A DNA stretch of 64,000 bases from Candidatus Eremiobacteria bacterium. GTDB taxonomy: Bacteria > Vulcanimicrobiota > Vulcanimicrobiia > Vulcanimicrobiales > Vulcanimicrobiaceae. The notes beneath the pieces are model-generated. The model was not told where the DNA came from, did no database searches, and saw nothing but the letters and a program-made list of their open reading frames with translations. Both the position numbers and the translations under genes were made by a program. The DNA is taken from NCBI GenBank assembly GCA_963758295.1, contig CAVWUU010000004.1, forward strand, positions 64,001 through 128,000. Direction: 5' to 3'. This document shows, in pieces, positions 43,089 through 52,514 of this stretch. Within the stretch, counting starts at the first letter, position 1. Every line of letters starts with the position of its first letter.

Positions 43089-43525
43089 TGTTCGCGGCAG
43101 CGGCGTCGACGCGCGGGCGCTCAAGCGCACGATGCAATCGCTGCTCGCCGCCGTCGATGAAGACGGCTCGTCGATCTCGGTGACGCTCGTAAACGATTCC
43201 GCGATCCAACGCATAAACGGCGAGCATCGCGGCAAGGACAAGCCGACCGACGTGCTGTCTTTCCCGATGTTTGATGAATCGCTCGGCCGACCCCGAGATT
43301 GACGAACGGCTTCTCGGTGACATTGTGATTTCGATCGACACGGCCCGCCGTCAAGCCGCCGACTACGACGCGCCGCTGCAAAACGAGATCTACCGCCTAT
43401 TGATTCACGGCCTGTTGCACGTGATGGGTCACGACCATATGGAATCCGACGAGCGCGCCGAGATGGAATCCGAAGAACGGCGCCTGGCCGCCGCCATCGG
43501 CATGCCGTGGCCGTATGAAGACTAG
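43066..43525 (+). CDS. ybeY: rRNA maturation endoribonuclease YbeY; frameshift near 43293
   Basis: RGKDKPTDVLSF, LGDIVIS, HGLLHVMGHDH. Confidence 0.93.
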
Positions 43526-44226
43526 AGTTTGGCGCTCGTTCAACCACGCGTTCGAAGGCATCATGTATGCGGCCCGGACGCAGCCCAACATGCGATCGCA
43601 TCTGTTGATTGCACTGTTGGTGATTTTGGCGGCGTTGCTGCTCCGGCTCGACCGCTACTACGTCGTCGCTTTAATCATCATCATCGCCGTCGGTGCTGAG
43701 CTTGGAGCTGTTGAACACCGCGGTCGAAGCGATTGTCGATCTCCTCACCGTTACGCACCATCCGCTTGCCAAGACGGCGAAAGACGCTTCGGCCGGGGCA
43801 GTCCTCGTCTCGTCGATCGCCGCGGTTGTCGTAGGCTACCTGGTGTTCTACCAGGGAATCATCAACGGCGGCCAACGAGTCTTCGAGGCGGTCCAGGCCG
43901 TGCCGAGCAACGTCGCCTTCGTCGTCCTCGCGGCCGTCGCGATTCTGACCATCTTTGCGAAGGCGTGGGTCGGGCGCGGGTCCGCGCTTCAAGGCGGCGC
44001 GATTTCCGGCCACGCGGCGCTCGCCTTTGCAGCCGCGACCATGCTTTCATTCTTCTATCAGAAGCCTTTGGCGGCCATCCTCGCCTACTTCGTGGCGTTC
44101 CTGGTGGCCCAGAGCCGGGTCGAGGCCAGAATTCACTCCGTACGGGAGGTCGTCTCCGGGGGAGTCTTGGGAACGGTCGTTGCCTTGGCCATTTATCTCT
44201 TGGTCCGGCCTCACGTTGTGCTATAA
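43515..44226 (+). CDS. dgkA: DgkA diacylglycerol/undecaprenol kinase fused to a PAP2-like domain; frameshift near 43690
   Basis: SF..AFEG, ELLNTAVE..VD, AKD..AGAV; then SGH, QSRV...H. Confidence 0.85.
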
Positions 44227-44227
44227 T
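44219..44227 (+). promoter_or_regulatory. Extended -10 internal promoter
   Basis: TGCTATAAT about 60 nt before the hlyC/corC start. Confidence 0.55.
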
Positions 44228-44286
44228 GGCGCCGATTTGAATACCGACCCATATCGAAGTCCCCGGCCGGGTCCGGCGGCCGAATA

Positions 44287-45600
44287 ATGAACCACGCGAA
44301 CCCGATCGAGATCGCCAGCTTGGTGCTGTTGATCCTTTTGGCAGCCTTCTTTGCCGCCTCTGAAGCGGCCATCGTCTCTATGTCGCGGCTTCGCGCGGCA
44401 TCGATGGCCGAGCGGAACGTGCGCGGCGCCAAGGACGTCCGGCGTCTAGTGGACGACCGTAACCGGATCCTCACTTCGATTCTGGTCGCCAACACGATCG
44501 TATTGCTGGCGGCCGACTCGCTTGCCACTTACGTGGCCATCGAAATAGGAATTCCTGAAGCGGGCCTTTGGTCGACGGTCATCATGACCATCGTGTTGCT
44601 GCTGGTCGGTGAAATCATTCCGAAGACGGTCGTGACGAACGACGGCGAACGCTGGGCGCTGGTACTTGCGCGTCCCATGCGCATCATCGCGGGCATTTTG
44701 AAGCCCGTCGTGTGGGCGTTCCTGGCGATAACCAACGTGATCGTCAAACCGCTCGGCATCAAACATCCGCACCAGTTCGTGACGGAAGAAGACATTCGCG
44801 CCTTGGTCAACGTCGGCGCGGAACAGCGGGTGATCGAAGAAGAAGAACGCGAGATGATCCATTCGGTCATCGAGTTCGGCGACACGATCGTTCGGGAAGT
44901 AATGACGCCCCGCCCGGAGATGATCGCTGTTTCCATCGACGATTCGCCGCGTCGCGCACTCGACGTCGTTATCGCTGAAGGCTATTCCAAGCTGCCCGTT
45001 TACCAAGAGTCCAAAGACGATATCGTGGGCGTCGTTCACGATCGCGAGCTTTTGATCGCGCTTGCAAACGGATCGCTCGCGCACACAAGTCTGCGCTCCT
45101 TGATGCGCGCGGTAAGTCACGTTCCCGAAACGAAGAAAATCGCCGAGCTGCTGCGTGAAATGCAGCGCGACAAGTTTTCGATGGCTATCGTGGTGGACGA
45201 ATACGGCGGCACCGCCGGCCTCGTTACGATGGAAGATCTTCTGGAAGAGATCGTGGGAGAAATTCGCGACGAACACGATGTCGACGAACAAGAACCGATT
45301 TCGTTTGTCTCCGATGACGAAGCCGTTGTCGACGCAGGCGTAAACATCGAGGACGTAAACGCGAAGCTCGGGACGCGTATTCCGACTGAAGATTTCGAAA
45401 CGATCGGCGGCTACACGGTCGGACTGTTCGGGCGCCTTCCCAAAGAGGGCGAAGAGATCGAGGCCGACGAGCGTACGCGCTTGCGGGTCGATCGTACGCG
45501 CGGACGCCGCATTCTTGCGGTGCGCGTCTTCACGAGCCGTAACGGCGCTTCACACGAAGCGCACGACGAAGTCGCCGGCGAGCACGATGCCGTCTCCTGA
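44287..45600 (+). CDS. Hemolysin/CNNM family protein (DUF21, CBS pair, CorC)
   Basis: FFAASEAA, GEIIPK, VMTPR, YSKLPV, VDEYGGTAG, GEIRDE. Confidence 0.92.
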   Translation: MNHANPIEIASLVLLILLAAFFAASEAAIVSMSRLRAASMAERNVRGAKDVRRLVDDRNRILTSILVANTIVLLAADSLATYVAIEIGIPEAGLWSTVIMTIVLLLVGEIIPKTVVTNDGERWALVLARPMRIIAGILKPVVWAFLAITNVIVKPLGIKHPHQFVTEEDIRALVNVGAEQRVIEEEEREMIHSVIEFGDTIVREVMTPRPEMIAVSIDDSPRRALDVVIAEGYSKLPVYQESKDDIVGVVHDRELLIALANGSLAHTSLRSLMRAVSHVPETKKIAELLREMQRDKFSMAIVVDEYGGTAGLVTMEDLLEEIVGEIRDEHDVDEQEPISFVSDDEAVVDAGVNIEDVNAKLGTRIPTEDFETIGGYTVGLFGRLPKEGEEIEADERTRLRVDRTRGRRILAVRVFTSRNGASHEAHDEVAGEHDAVS

Positions 45601-45985
45601 AGAATTGTTCTCGGCGGCGCGAGCGGTACGCGCTAAAGCCTACGCTCCGTATTCGAACTTCAAAGTCGGCGCTGCAGTAGAAACGGCCGATGGAACCATT
45701 GTTGCCGCGGGCAACGTGGAAAACGCCAGTTATGGCTTGTCGATCTGCGCCGAGCGCTCCGCTATCGTGTCTGCCGTCGCTCAAGGGCATCGCGAATTTC
45801 GCGCGATCGCGGTCGCGGGGCCCGAAGGCACGATGACTAGCCCATGCGGCGCCTGCCGGCAATTTCTTGCCGAGTTCAATCCGGCAATGCCGGTGTATTT
45901 TACTGCGCCCGGCGGTGAAACGCGCACGACGCTCGAGCAGTTGCTGCCGTACTCATTCGGGCCGCGAAGTCTTCAGACGAGCTAA
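45587..45985 (+). CDS. cdd: Cytidine deaminase, homotetrameric type
   Basis: AYAPYSNF.VGAA, NVENASY, CAE, SPCGACRQ. Confidence 0.95.
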   Translation: MPSPEELFSAARAVRAKAYAPYSNFKVGAAVETADGTIVAAGNVENASYGLSICAERSAIVSAVAQGHREFRAIAVAGPEGTMTSPCGACRQFLAEFNPAMPVYFTAPGGETRTTLEQLLPYSFGPRSLQTS

Positions 45986-45988
45986 ACG

Positions 45989-46738
45989 ATGTCGCAGGCA
46001 CGTTCGTATAAAACGCGTGCCATCGTGCTGCGCGCGCGCCCGCTCGGCGAAGCCGATCGCATCGTAACCCTCTTTACCACCGAACGCGGCAAGGTTGACG
46101 CCGTCGCAAAAGGCGTGCGGCGTGCGAAAAGCCATCTCGCCGGCCGCCTCGAATTCGGCACCGAATCCGCCCTGACGATGCACCACGGCCGATCGCTCGA
46201 CGTCATCGTTACGGCCGACATCGTGAACGCCCCGTGGGAGCGATTGGTGGATCCCGAACGGTTTTCCGTCGCGTCCCTCGTCGCGGAATTGATCGACGCG
46301 TTTTGCGAACCCGATTTGCCGCTTCCCGAGATTTACGACCTGCTGGCCGGGATGATCGGCGCCATTGCCTCGAGTGAAGCGCCGCGAGCGTTGGTCCCGC
46401 GCTTTTCATTGCGATTGCTTTCACTGCTCGGGCTCGAGCCGCCGTCGGATACGTGCGTGCGCTGCGGCGATCGCTTGGCGTCCGAACGCGCGTGGGTAGA
46501 TCCCGACGCTGCGGGACTTATCTGCGAACGCTGTCGTGAACGCTGGCGCGATCTCGTTGAACTCGATGCCGAAGACGTGCAGAATTTGGCGTCGTTAGCG
46601 GCGCCGCGTGGGCAAGGCCGCGCCTCACTCCAAGCTCGTCCGCGAGTCGCCGCCGCTATCGAAGCCATCGTCGTCCACCACTTGGGGCGGCGTCCCAAAG
46701 CGGGACTTGCGGTTGTGGACTCCGTAACGCGCGCGTAA
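45989..46738 (+). CDS. recO: DNA repair protein RecO
   Basis: GEADRIV.LFT..GK, AKGVRR, CxxC..CxxC. Confidence 0.92.
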   Translation: MSQARSYKTRAIVLRARPLGEADRIVTLFTTERGKVDAVAKGVRRAKSHLAGRLEFGTESALTMHHGRSLDVIVTADIVNAPWERLVDPERFSVASLVAELIDAFCEPDLPLPEIYDLLAGMIGAIASSEAPRALVPRFSLRLLSLLGLEPPSDTCVRCGDRLASERAWVDPDAAGLICERCRERWRDLVELDAEDVQNLASLAAPRGQGRASLQARPRVAAAIEAIVVHHLGRRPKAGLAVVDSVTRA

Positions 46739-46743
46739 GTCTC

Positions 46744-47166
46744 ATGTCTGTAATGGCGCTTGACGTAGGCAGCAAACGAATCGGGATTGCGGTGGCCGAC
46801 CCCACCGGATCTTTCGCGCTGCCCGTAGGAACGATCGAACGCAGCAACCTCCGCGCGGATCTTTCAAAGATCGAAGAGTATTTGGAATCGTACCTGGTGC
46901 GCGATTTGGTTGTCGGCGATCCCGTGTCGCTCTCCGGCGAACGCGGTATCGCCTCTCAAAAGATGGACGCATTCGTCGACCATCTGCGCGGTATTTTCTC
47001 CGGCACGATCCATCGGGTCGACGAGCGCATGACGACGGCACAAGTTACGAAGACGCTTATCGCGGCCGACGTCTCCCGAAAGAAGCGAAAAGGCGTCGTC
47101 GATAAGATGGCCGCTGCGCTTATCTTGGAGACCTACTTGGCTCGGCGGCGAAATCGAGCAACGTGA
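46744..47166 (+). CDS. ruvX: RuvX/YqgF nuclease
   Basis: ALDVGSKRIGIA, VDERMTT, VDKMAA.LIL. Confidence 0.94.
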   Translation: MSVMALDVGSKRIGIAVADPTGSFALPVGTIERSNLRADLSKIEEYLESYLVRDLVVGDPVSLSGERGIASQKMDAFVDHLRGIFSGTIHRVDERMTTAQVTKTLIAADVSRKKRKGVVDKMAAALILETYLARRRNRAT

Positions 47167-48161
47167 AGAGTTTCGGGCAAATTTTCGCGACGGTAGTCGC
47201 CGTCGCGGTCGTTGTTGCGCTCTTGTGCGGCGTTTGGTTTTGGTACGGCGTTTATCGCGACCGTTCCCGGCCGGCGTCCACGACGCAAGTCATTGTGCCG
47301 CGCGGGGCAACCTTCGCCGACATCGCATCACAGCTTGCGACGAGCGGCGTCATCGGGAACGCGCTGCAGTTCCGGATCCTTGCGCGGACGCACCACGAGG
47401 ACGTAGACGTACATGCCGGTGCATACCGGTTCCCGCCGAATCAAACGGCAGCCGAAGTGCTTCAGGCTTTGCTTACAGGCGGTGCGCAGACCGCTGCATG
47501 GGTTAGCATTCCCGAGGGGTTTACCGCTCAGCAGATTGCGGAACGACTGGACGAGGCGGGCGTCGGGCAGGCCGCTGCTTTGTCGCACTACTTCTTGTCC
47601 ACGGGGCTCACCGTAGACGGCTCGCGGACCAAGAATCTCGAAGGCTATTTATTTCCCAGCACCTATCTCGTCCCACTCGATGCGACGCCGGTGCAAATCG
47701 AAAAGCAATTGACCGACGAATTCTTCAAAGAGCTGCCGCCTGACGCGCAACAACGCGCCAGGGCGCTTGGCGTTACGGTTCCGCAAGGCGTCGTGGTCGC
47801 ATCGCTCGTCGAACGCGAGGCCAAAGTCGACGCCGACCGTCCGATGATAGCGGGCGTCATCTTCAATCGATTGAAGCAAAACATGCCGCTGCAAGTCGAC
47901 GCGACGATCGAGTACGCGCTCCCGTCCCATAAAACGGACCTCTCGTTGGGTGACTTGAAGATCGACTCGCCGTACAACACCTACAAAATCACGGGCTTGC
48001 CACCGACGCCTATCGCGAATCCCGGTCGCCCGTCGCTGGAAGCGGCATTCCATCCGTCGAAGACGGATATGCTCTACTACGTGTACTGTGGAAACGGCCG
48101 GCACGTTTTCTCGAAAACTCTCGCCGAACACCGGGCCAACGTCGCTCGTTGCCTGCACTAA
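47163..48161 (+). CDS. mltG: Endolytic transglycosylase MltG
   Basis: IPEG, LEGYLFP, ASLVERE, LQVDAT, SPYNTY..GLPPTPI. Confidence 0.94.
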   Translation: MKSFGQIFATVVAVAVVVALLCGVWFWYGVYRDRSRPASTTQVIVPRGATFADIASQLATSGVIGNALQFRILARTHHEDVDVHAGAYRFPPNQTAAEVLQALLTGGAQTAAWVSIPEGFTAQQIAERLDEAGVGQAAALSHYFLSTGLTVDGSRTKNLEGYLFPSTYLVPLDATPVQIEKQLTDEFFKELPPDAQQRARALGVTVPQGVVVASLVEREAKVDADRPMIAGVIFNRLKQNMPLQVDATIEYALPSHKTDLSLGDLKIDSPYNTYKITGLPPTPIANPGRPSLEAAFHPSKTDMLYYVYCGNGRHVFSKTLAEHRANVARCLH

Positions 48162-48185
48162 TTACCTCGAATAAGGAGCTGCTAC

Positions 48186-48488
48186 ATGTCGTCCAACAAT
48201 GGTGAAGCGAAGAGCGGACCGCTCGAACTGAGCGAAGTGCTCTACATCGAGACCAAAGACGGCGGGGAGCTGCCGTTCGAAGTGGTTGGTATTCTGGAAG
48301 ATCCCGATGACGGTACGTCTTACGCGGTGCTGATGCACGAGCCCAAAGACGACGAAGAAGCGGAGAGCGAATTCATCGTCACCGATCTCCAAGGAAACTT
48401 GCTCGAAGACGACGATCTGGCGCAGGAGATCCTCGATGAGTTCCTCGTCTTCGCAGAAGAAGCGGGCGACGAGGGAGGCGAGGCCTAA
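48186..48488 (+). CDS. DUF1292 family acidic protein
   Basis: Highly acidic; FEVV...YAVL pattern; next to ruvX/mltG. Confidence 0.7.
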   Translation: MSSNNGEAKSGPLELSEVLYIETKDGGELPFEVVGILEDPDDGTSYAVLMHEPKDDEEAESEFIVTDLQGNLLEDDDLAQEILDEFLVFAEEAGDEGGEA

Positions 48489-49624
48489 TCCGCGTCCTCT
48501 TTCTCTCCGCGAGCGTCGGCGCCGGCCATCTTTCGGCCGCAAACGCCGTTTGCGCCGGTTTGCGCGAAATCGACCCCACGGTTGAAACCTTGGTGGTCGA
48601 TTCGTATAAGTATGCCGCCCTCGTCATGACGCGTGTCGTCTCCGACGGCTATCTGCGCATGGTCAAAACGATTCCTCAAATGTACCGGTACATCTACGAC
48701 CGGGCGGAGCGCGCGACCGAAGTCGGTCCGTTTCGCAATTGGGCGCATCAGTTTACCGCCGGCAATCTTCGGCCGTTGATCGAGCGCGAGCGGCCCGACG
48801 TCGTCGTCTGCACGCATGCGTTCCCGAGCGGAGCAATGGCTGAATACAAGCGCATGTACGACGATGCGCCGCCGGTCGTGGGAATCGTCACGGACTTCGC
48901 GATTCACGGCTTTTGGATTCATACGAATATCGAGGGCTATTGTGTCGCCACGCCGGCAATGCGCGACGTCCTCGTTGCGCGCGGCGTGCAACCCGACCGC
49001 ATTGAGGTCAGCGGCATTCCGGTCGATCCGCGTTTCGCGCGCTCCGGCGAATCGATCGAATCATTGCGCGAACGTTTGGGTTTGCCGCAGAATCGTCCCG
49101 TTGCTCTCATTATGGGCGGCGGCCTTGGATTCGGGCCGCTCGAGCGCATGCTGCAATCGCTCGATAACGTCGAAGCGCCGATCGCGGCCGCCGTGATTGC
49201 GGGACGAAATTCGCGCGTTGAAAAACGTGTGCTTGAAGCGGCGGAAACCGTGAAGTATCCGGTTCGTGTCTTACGCTTCGTTGGAAACGTTTTCGATTAC
49301 ATGCACGCCGCGGATGTTTTCGTTACCAAGCCCGGCGGCCTAAGTACCGCCGAAGGGCTCGCGGCAGAAGTACCGATGGTGCTTTGCAAACCGATCCCCG
49401 GACAAGAGGAGCGCAACGTGCGCGTACTCACGGAATGGGGTGCTGCACTGCGCGTGCGATCGCTCGAAGAGCTGCCGCGCGCGCTTACGACCGCACTGAC
49501 GGATTCGGGGCGTCGCAGGCGAATGATTTCAGCAGCGCGTCGCCACGGACGTCCGGACGCAGCACGCGACGCAGCGGCGCTGATCGCGCGGTTGGCCGAG
49601 GCGCGCAAGGAGGTCGTCGCATGA
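48488..49624 (+). CDS. MGDG synthase/UgtP-like diacylglycerol glycosyltransferase, apparent ATC start
   Basis: GAGHLSAA upstream of the ORF-track start; THAFP, VTD, GIPV, TKPGG, PGQEERN. Confidence 0.88.
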   Translation: MRVLFLSASVGAGHLSAANAVCAGLREIDPTVETLVVDSYKYAALVMTRVVSDGYLRMVKTIPQMYRYIYDRAERATEVGPFRNWAHQFTAGNLRPLIERERPDVVVCTHAFPSGAMAEYKRMYDDAPPVVGIVTDFAIHGFWIHTNIEGYCVATPAMRDVLVARGVQPDRIEVSGIPVDPRFARSGESIESLRERLGLPQNRPVALIMGGGLGFGPLERMLQSLDNVEAPIAAAVIAGRNSRVEKRVLEAAETVKYPVRVLRFVGNVFDYMHAADVFVTKPGGLSTAEGLAAEVPMVLCKPIPGQEERNVRVLTEWGAALRVRSLEELPRALTTALTDSGRRRRMISAARRHGRPDAARDAAALIARLAEARKEVVA

Positions 49625-50199
49625 AAGCTCTTCCCTCTTCCACGGCCTACGGGTTCTGGCTCGCTGTTTTGCGTCTCTACGTCGGTGCATTCTGGCTGAT
49701 GCACGGAGTGCCGAAATTCACGCAGAGCCAAACGTTTATGCCCCCCGCCGGCATGATCGTGCAATTCCTGAACAGTTCGATTCAAAACACGCACGGCGCG
49801 TATCAGACGTTTCTTACCAACGTGGTGCTGCCGAACATCAATCTTTTCGCCGAACTCGTGCGGCTTGGTGAAGTCGTTACCGGCGCATTGCTGTTCTTCG
49901 GGTTTTTCACCCGTTTCGGCGGGCTGATCGGCATGTTGCTGGCGCTGAACTACCTCACGGCTAAGGGCGATCTTTCGCACTTGAGTTCGTGGTCGGGTTT
50001 GGACGCAGCCGCGTTCGTACTTTCCGCCGTCAATGTCGTGCTGCCGACAGGACGGTTCTTCGGTGTGGACGCGCTGCTGGCGCGTTCTCGCGCCGCGCGC
50101 GCAGTGCCCGTTGTGGCCGGTGCGCCTAAGGCTGCCGGAGTTCAGGCCGAGTTCGTGGACGAACCGCCGATGACCGGACCGACTGCACCGAGTGCATAG
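49621..50199 (+). CDS. DoxX/DoxD-like membrane protein
   Basis: LRLYVG.FW..G..K, GE..TG..L..G..TR, GVD; AAGGAGG RBS. Confidence 0.8.
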   Translation: MKALPSSTAYGFWLAVLRLYVGAFWLMHGVPKFTQSQTFMPPAGMIVQFLNSSIQNTHGAYQTFLTNVVLPNINLFAELVRLGEVVTGALLFFGFFTRFGGLIGMLLALNYLTAKGDLSHLSSWSGLDAAAFVLSAVNVVLPTGRFFGVDALLARSRAARAVPVVAGAPKAAGVQAEFVDEPPMTGPTAPSA

Positions 50200-50237
50200 C
50201 AATCGACCGAAGTCGCTAGGGTCGCGAGCGGGTTCTG

Positions 50238-50246
50238 TGGTATAGT
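50238..50246 (+). promoter_or_regulatory. Extended -10 promoter of tRNA-Ser/tRNA-Arg
   Basis: TGGTATAGT 30 nt before tRNA-Ser. Confidence 0.65.
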
Positions 50247-50276
50247 CAGCGTCGCTGTCCCGTGCAGTGACATCGG

Positions 50277-50369
50277 GGAGAGATGGCCGAGCGGCTGAAG
50301 GCGGCGGTTTGCTAAACCGTTATACGATGTAAAGTCGTATCGAGGGTTCGAATCCCTCTCTCTCCGCCA
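50277..50369 (+). tRNA. tRNA-Ser(GCT)
   Basis: GGAGAGA acceptor, GCGGT-TT-GCT-AA-ACCGT, long variable arm, encoded CCA. Confidence 0.97.
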
Positions 50370-50447
50370 CTGACGTTTGTGTAACGCAGAAGGGAATCGC
50401 GTTGCAAAGACGTATTCGGGGTGGTCGCGTCGCTCAAGGCGCTATAC

Positions 50448-50521
50448 GCGGTCGTAGCTCAATTGGATAGAGCAACAGGCTACGAACTTGTAGGTTGGGG
50501 GTTCGAGTCCCTCCGACCGCG
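50448..50521 (+). tRNA. tRNA-Arg(ACG), CCA not encoded
   Basis: ACAGG-CT-ACG-AA-CTTGT; GTTCGAGTC T-loop. Confidence 0.96.
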
Positions 50522-50531
50522 ATTTTAAGTA

Positions 50532-50559
50532 AAACGCCTCGCAGAAATGCGGGGCGTTT
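50532..50559 (+). terminator. Terminator after tRNA-Arg(ACG)
   Basis: AAACGCCTCGCA-GAAA-TGCGGGGCGTTT. Confidence 0.75.
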
Positions 50560-50589
50560 CTGCTAAAATCGCCGATGCCTCACGCATCC

Positions 50590-50618
50590 TTGCGCGCGCG
50601 AGGGGGTTTTGGTAAAGT
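50590..50618 (+). promoter_or_regulatory. Sigma70-type promoter of tRNA(CAT)
   Basis: TTGCGC-17 nt-TAAAGT with TG extension. Confidence 0.65.
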
Positions 50619-50647
50619 CAGGTGTCGAAACCGTTCGATGCGGTCTT

Positions 50648-50722
50648 GGCTCGGTAGCTCAGCGGTAGAGCAGGGGACTCATAAGCCCTTGGTCGGGTGT
50701 TCAAATCACCCCCGAGTCACCA
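50648..50722 (+). tRNA. Non-initiator tRNA with CAT anticodon (elongator Met or Ile2)
   Basis: G1-C72 paired; CT-CAT-AA loop; encoded CCA. Confidence 0.93.
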
Positions 50723-50728
50723 ATTCAA

Positions 50729-50763
50729 GGTGACGGCCGTCAGCGTGGCGGCCGTCATCTCTT
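50729..50763 (+). terminator. Hairpin or terminator after tRNA(CAT)
   Basis: GGTGACGGCCGTCA-GCG-TGGCGGCCGTCATC followed by TCTT. Confidence 0.65.
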
Positions 50764-50801
50764 GTCGGCCCTTCACGGGGTCAAGGTAATAAGGTCCTAT
50801 T

Positions 50802-51038
50802 ATGTCCACGATCCCGTGCGATTTCTGTCCGCATCCCGTCGATCGAAACCAGATGGAAGAGATCGAGATTTCGCACTACGTTCCCGACAGTTCCGGAGAC
50901 GATCTGGCTTACGCGCGTACGTATTTCTTCGGACATCCCGATTGCGTGCGCAAGTTCTATCGCGGCCTGGTCGATCACAAGCTGGATTTGTTCAAACACA
51001 TTCCCAGCACCGGGTCTGCGCCGGAGGGTCGCGAATAG
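50802..51038 (+). CDS. 78-aa putative zinc-finger protein
   Basis: CDFC and HPDC ligand pairs; TAAGGT before ATG; fills the gap between tRNAs. Confidence 0.6.
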   Translation: MSTIPCDFCPHPVDRNQMEEIEISHYVPDSSGDDLAYARTYFFGHPDCVRKFYRGLVDHKLDLFKHIPSTGSAPEGRE

Positions 51039-51052
51039 GACGGTACGAGCGA

Positions 51053-51126
<74 letters not shown>

Positions 51127-51134
51127 AGATTTCC

Positions 51135-51626
<492 letters not shown>

Positions 51627-51659
51627 TAACGGACGCTGTTCAAGGAACCGCGCATGCCT

Positions 51660-51750
51660 GGAGAGGTGGTCGAGTGGTTTAAGGCACCCGCCTCGAAAGC
51701 GGGCGAACCTGATGAGGGTACCGAGAGTTCGAATCTCTCCCTCTCCGCCA
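51660..51750 (+). tRNA. tRNA-Ser(CGA)
   Basis: GGAGAGG acceptor; CCCGC-CT-CGA-AA-GCGGG; long variable arm; CCA. Confidence 0.96.
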
Positions 51751-51751
51751 T

Positions 51752-51788
51752 AAAAGATGAGGGCCCGCAACGCGGGCCCTTATGTTTT
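51752..51788 (+). terminator. Terminator after tRNA-Ser(CGA)
   Basis: ATGAGGGCCCGC-AAC-GCGGGCCCTTAT then GTTTT. Confidence 0.8.
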
Positions 51789-51808
51789 ATGCATGCAGCG
51801 TGTGCTTG

Positions 51809-51910
51809 GAACTCTCGGTACCCTCATCGGAGGCTTTCAACGTCCCGATGGGCGCGGAGCGCACATTGGGTACCCGAGAGTTCGAATCTCTCCCTCTCCG
51901 CCATAAAAGA
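51809..51910. repeat. tRNA-Ser-derived module: 20-nt antisense copy plus 37-nt direct copy of the tRNA 3' end
   Basis: 51809-51828 is the reverse complement of 51711-51730; 51874-51910 is identical to 51721-51757. Confidence 0.9.
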
Positions 51911-51942
51911 AAGGGGGTTATCGCCCGGCTTTTCTTATTATT

Positions 51943-51966
51943 GTCATCCTGAGCTTGTCGAAGGAC
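51943..51966. repeat. REP-like intergenic repeat, copy 2
   Basis: GTCATCCTGAGCTTGTCGAAGGAC; see 37863. Confidence 0.6.
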
Positions 51967-52169
51967 GGGCGCGCTGCGCCGTAGCTGACGGGCAAAAGAG
52001 CTCTGGCGCTCGCTTAAGGGCCCGGAGCTTGCGGCTTCATCGCAAATGGAGCCAACCGACGGCGCGATCCGAGACTTCGGACACGCTCCAGTTTCACCCA
52101 TCCCACGCTTGGATGCCCGACGGGCAAGTACGCCCGCCGTCATGCAGCGACGATAGAATTTCTAGGCCC

Positions 52170-52514
52170 ATGCTGAGTAACTGGTACAAGAAACAAAAGG
52201 CGCGTAAAGAAGCGCCGAAATTGCTGCGTTGGATCGCATTGATGCCCGCGCTAGGAGTCATCGCGATCTTTTCTGCGCGTTGGGCGCTGGAAAACATCAA
52301 CGGATTTCTCAACGCCGATCAAGCGAACTTCATGGTCGCGACGCTCGTAATGATCGCCGTGCCGTCGTTTGTGTTCGCCGGATATTGCGCCGTGAAACTC
52401 GGAAAGCTCTCGCGCCGAGTCGCAACTTCCGCTTATGGCGTTGTTGCGCTCGGACGAGGACTAGGCGAGCCTTCCAACCGCGGATCCGGCGCCGTTGCCG
52501 GAAACGTAAATTGA
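52170..52514 (+). CDS. Two-TM hypothetical membrane protein
   Basis: TAGAAT 10 nt before ATG; basic N-terminus and two hydrophobic helices. Confidence 0.55.
   Translation: MLSNWYKKQKARKEAPKLLRWIALMPALGVIAIFSARWALENINGFLNADQANFMVATLVMIAVPSFVFAGYCAVKLGKLSRRVATSAYGVVALGRGLGEPSNRGSGAVAGNVN

Noticed and set aside
51721..51910. attL/attR of an intact genomic island
   Set aside because: Only 116 bp lie between the repeats and there is no integrase; kept as a repeat finding instead
51654..52169. N-terminal part of ORF 51654..52514
   Set aside because: It runs through tRNA-Ser and its terminators; only the part from 52170 looks coding
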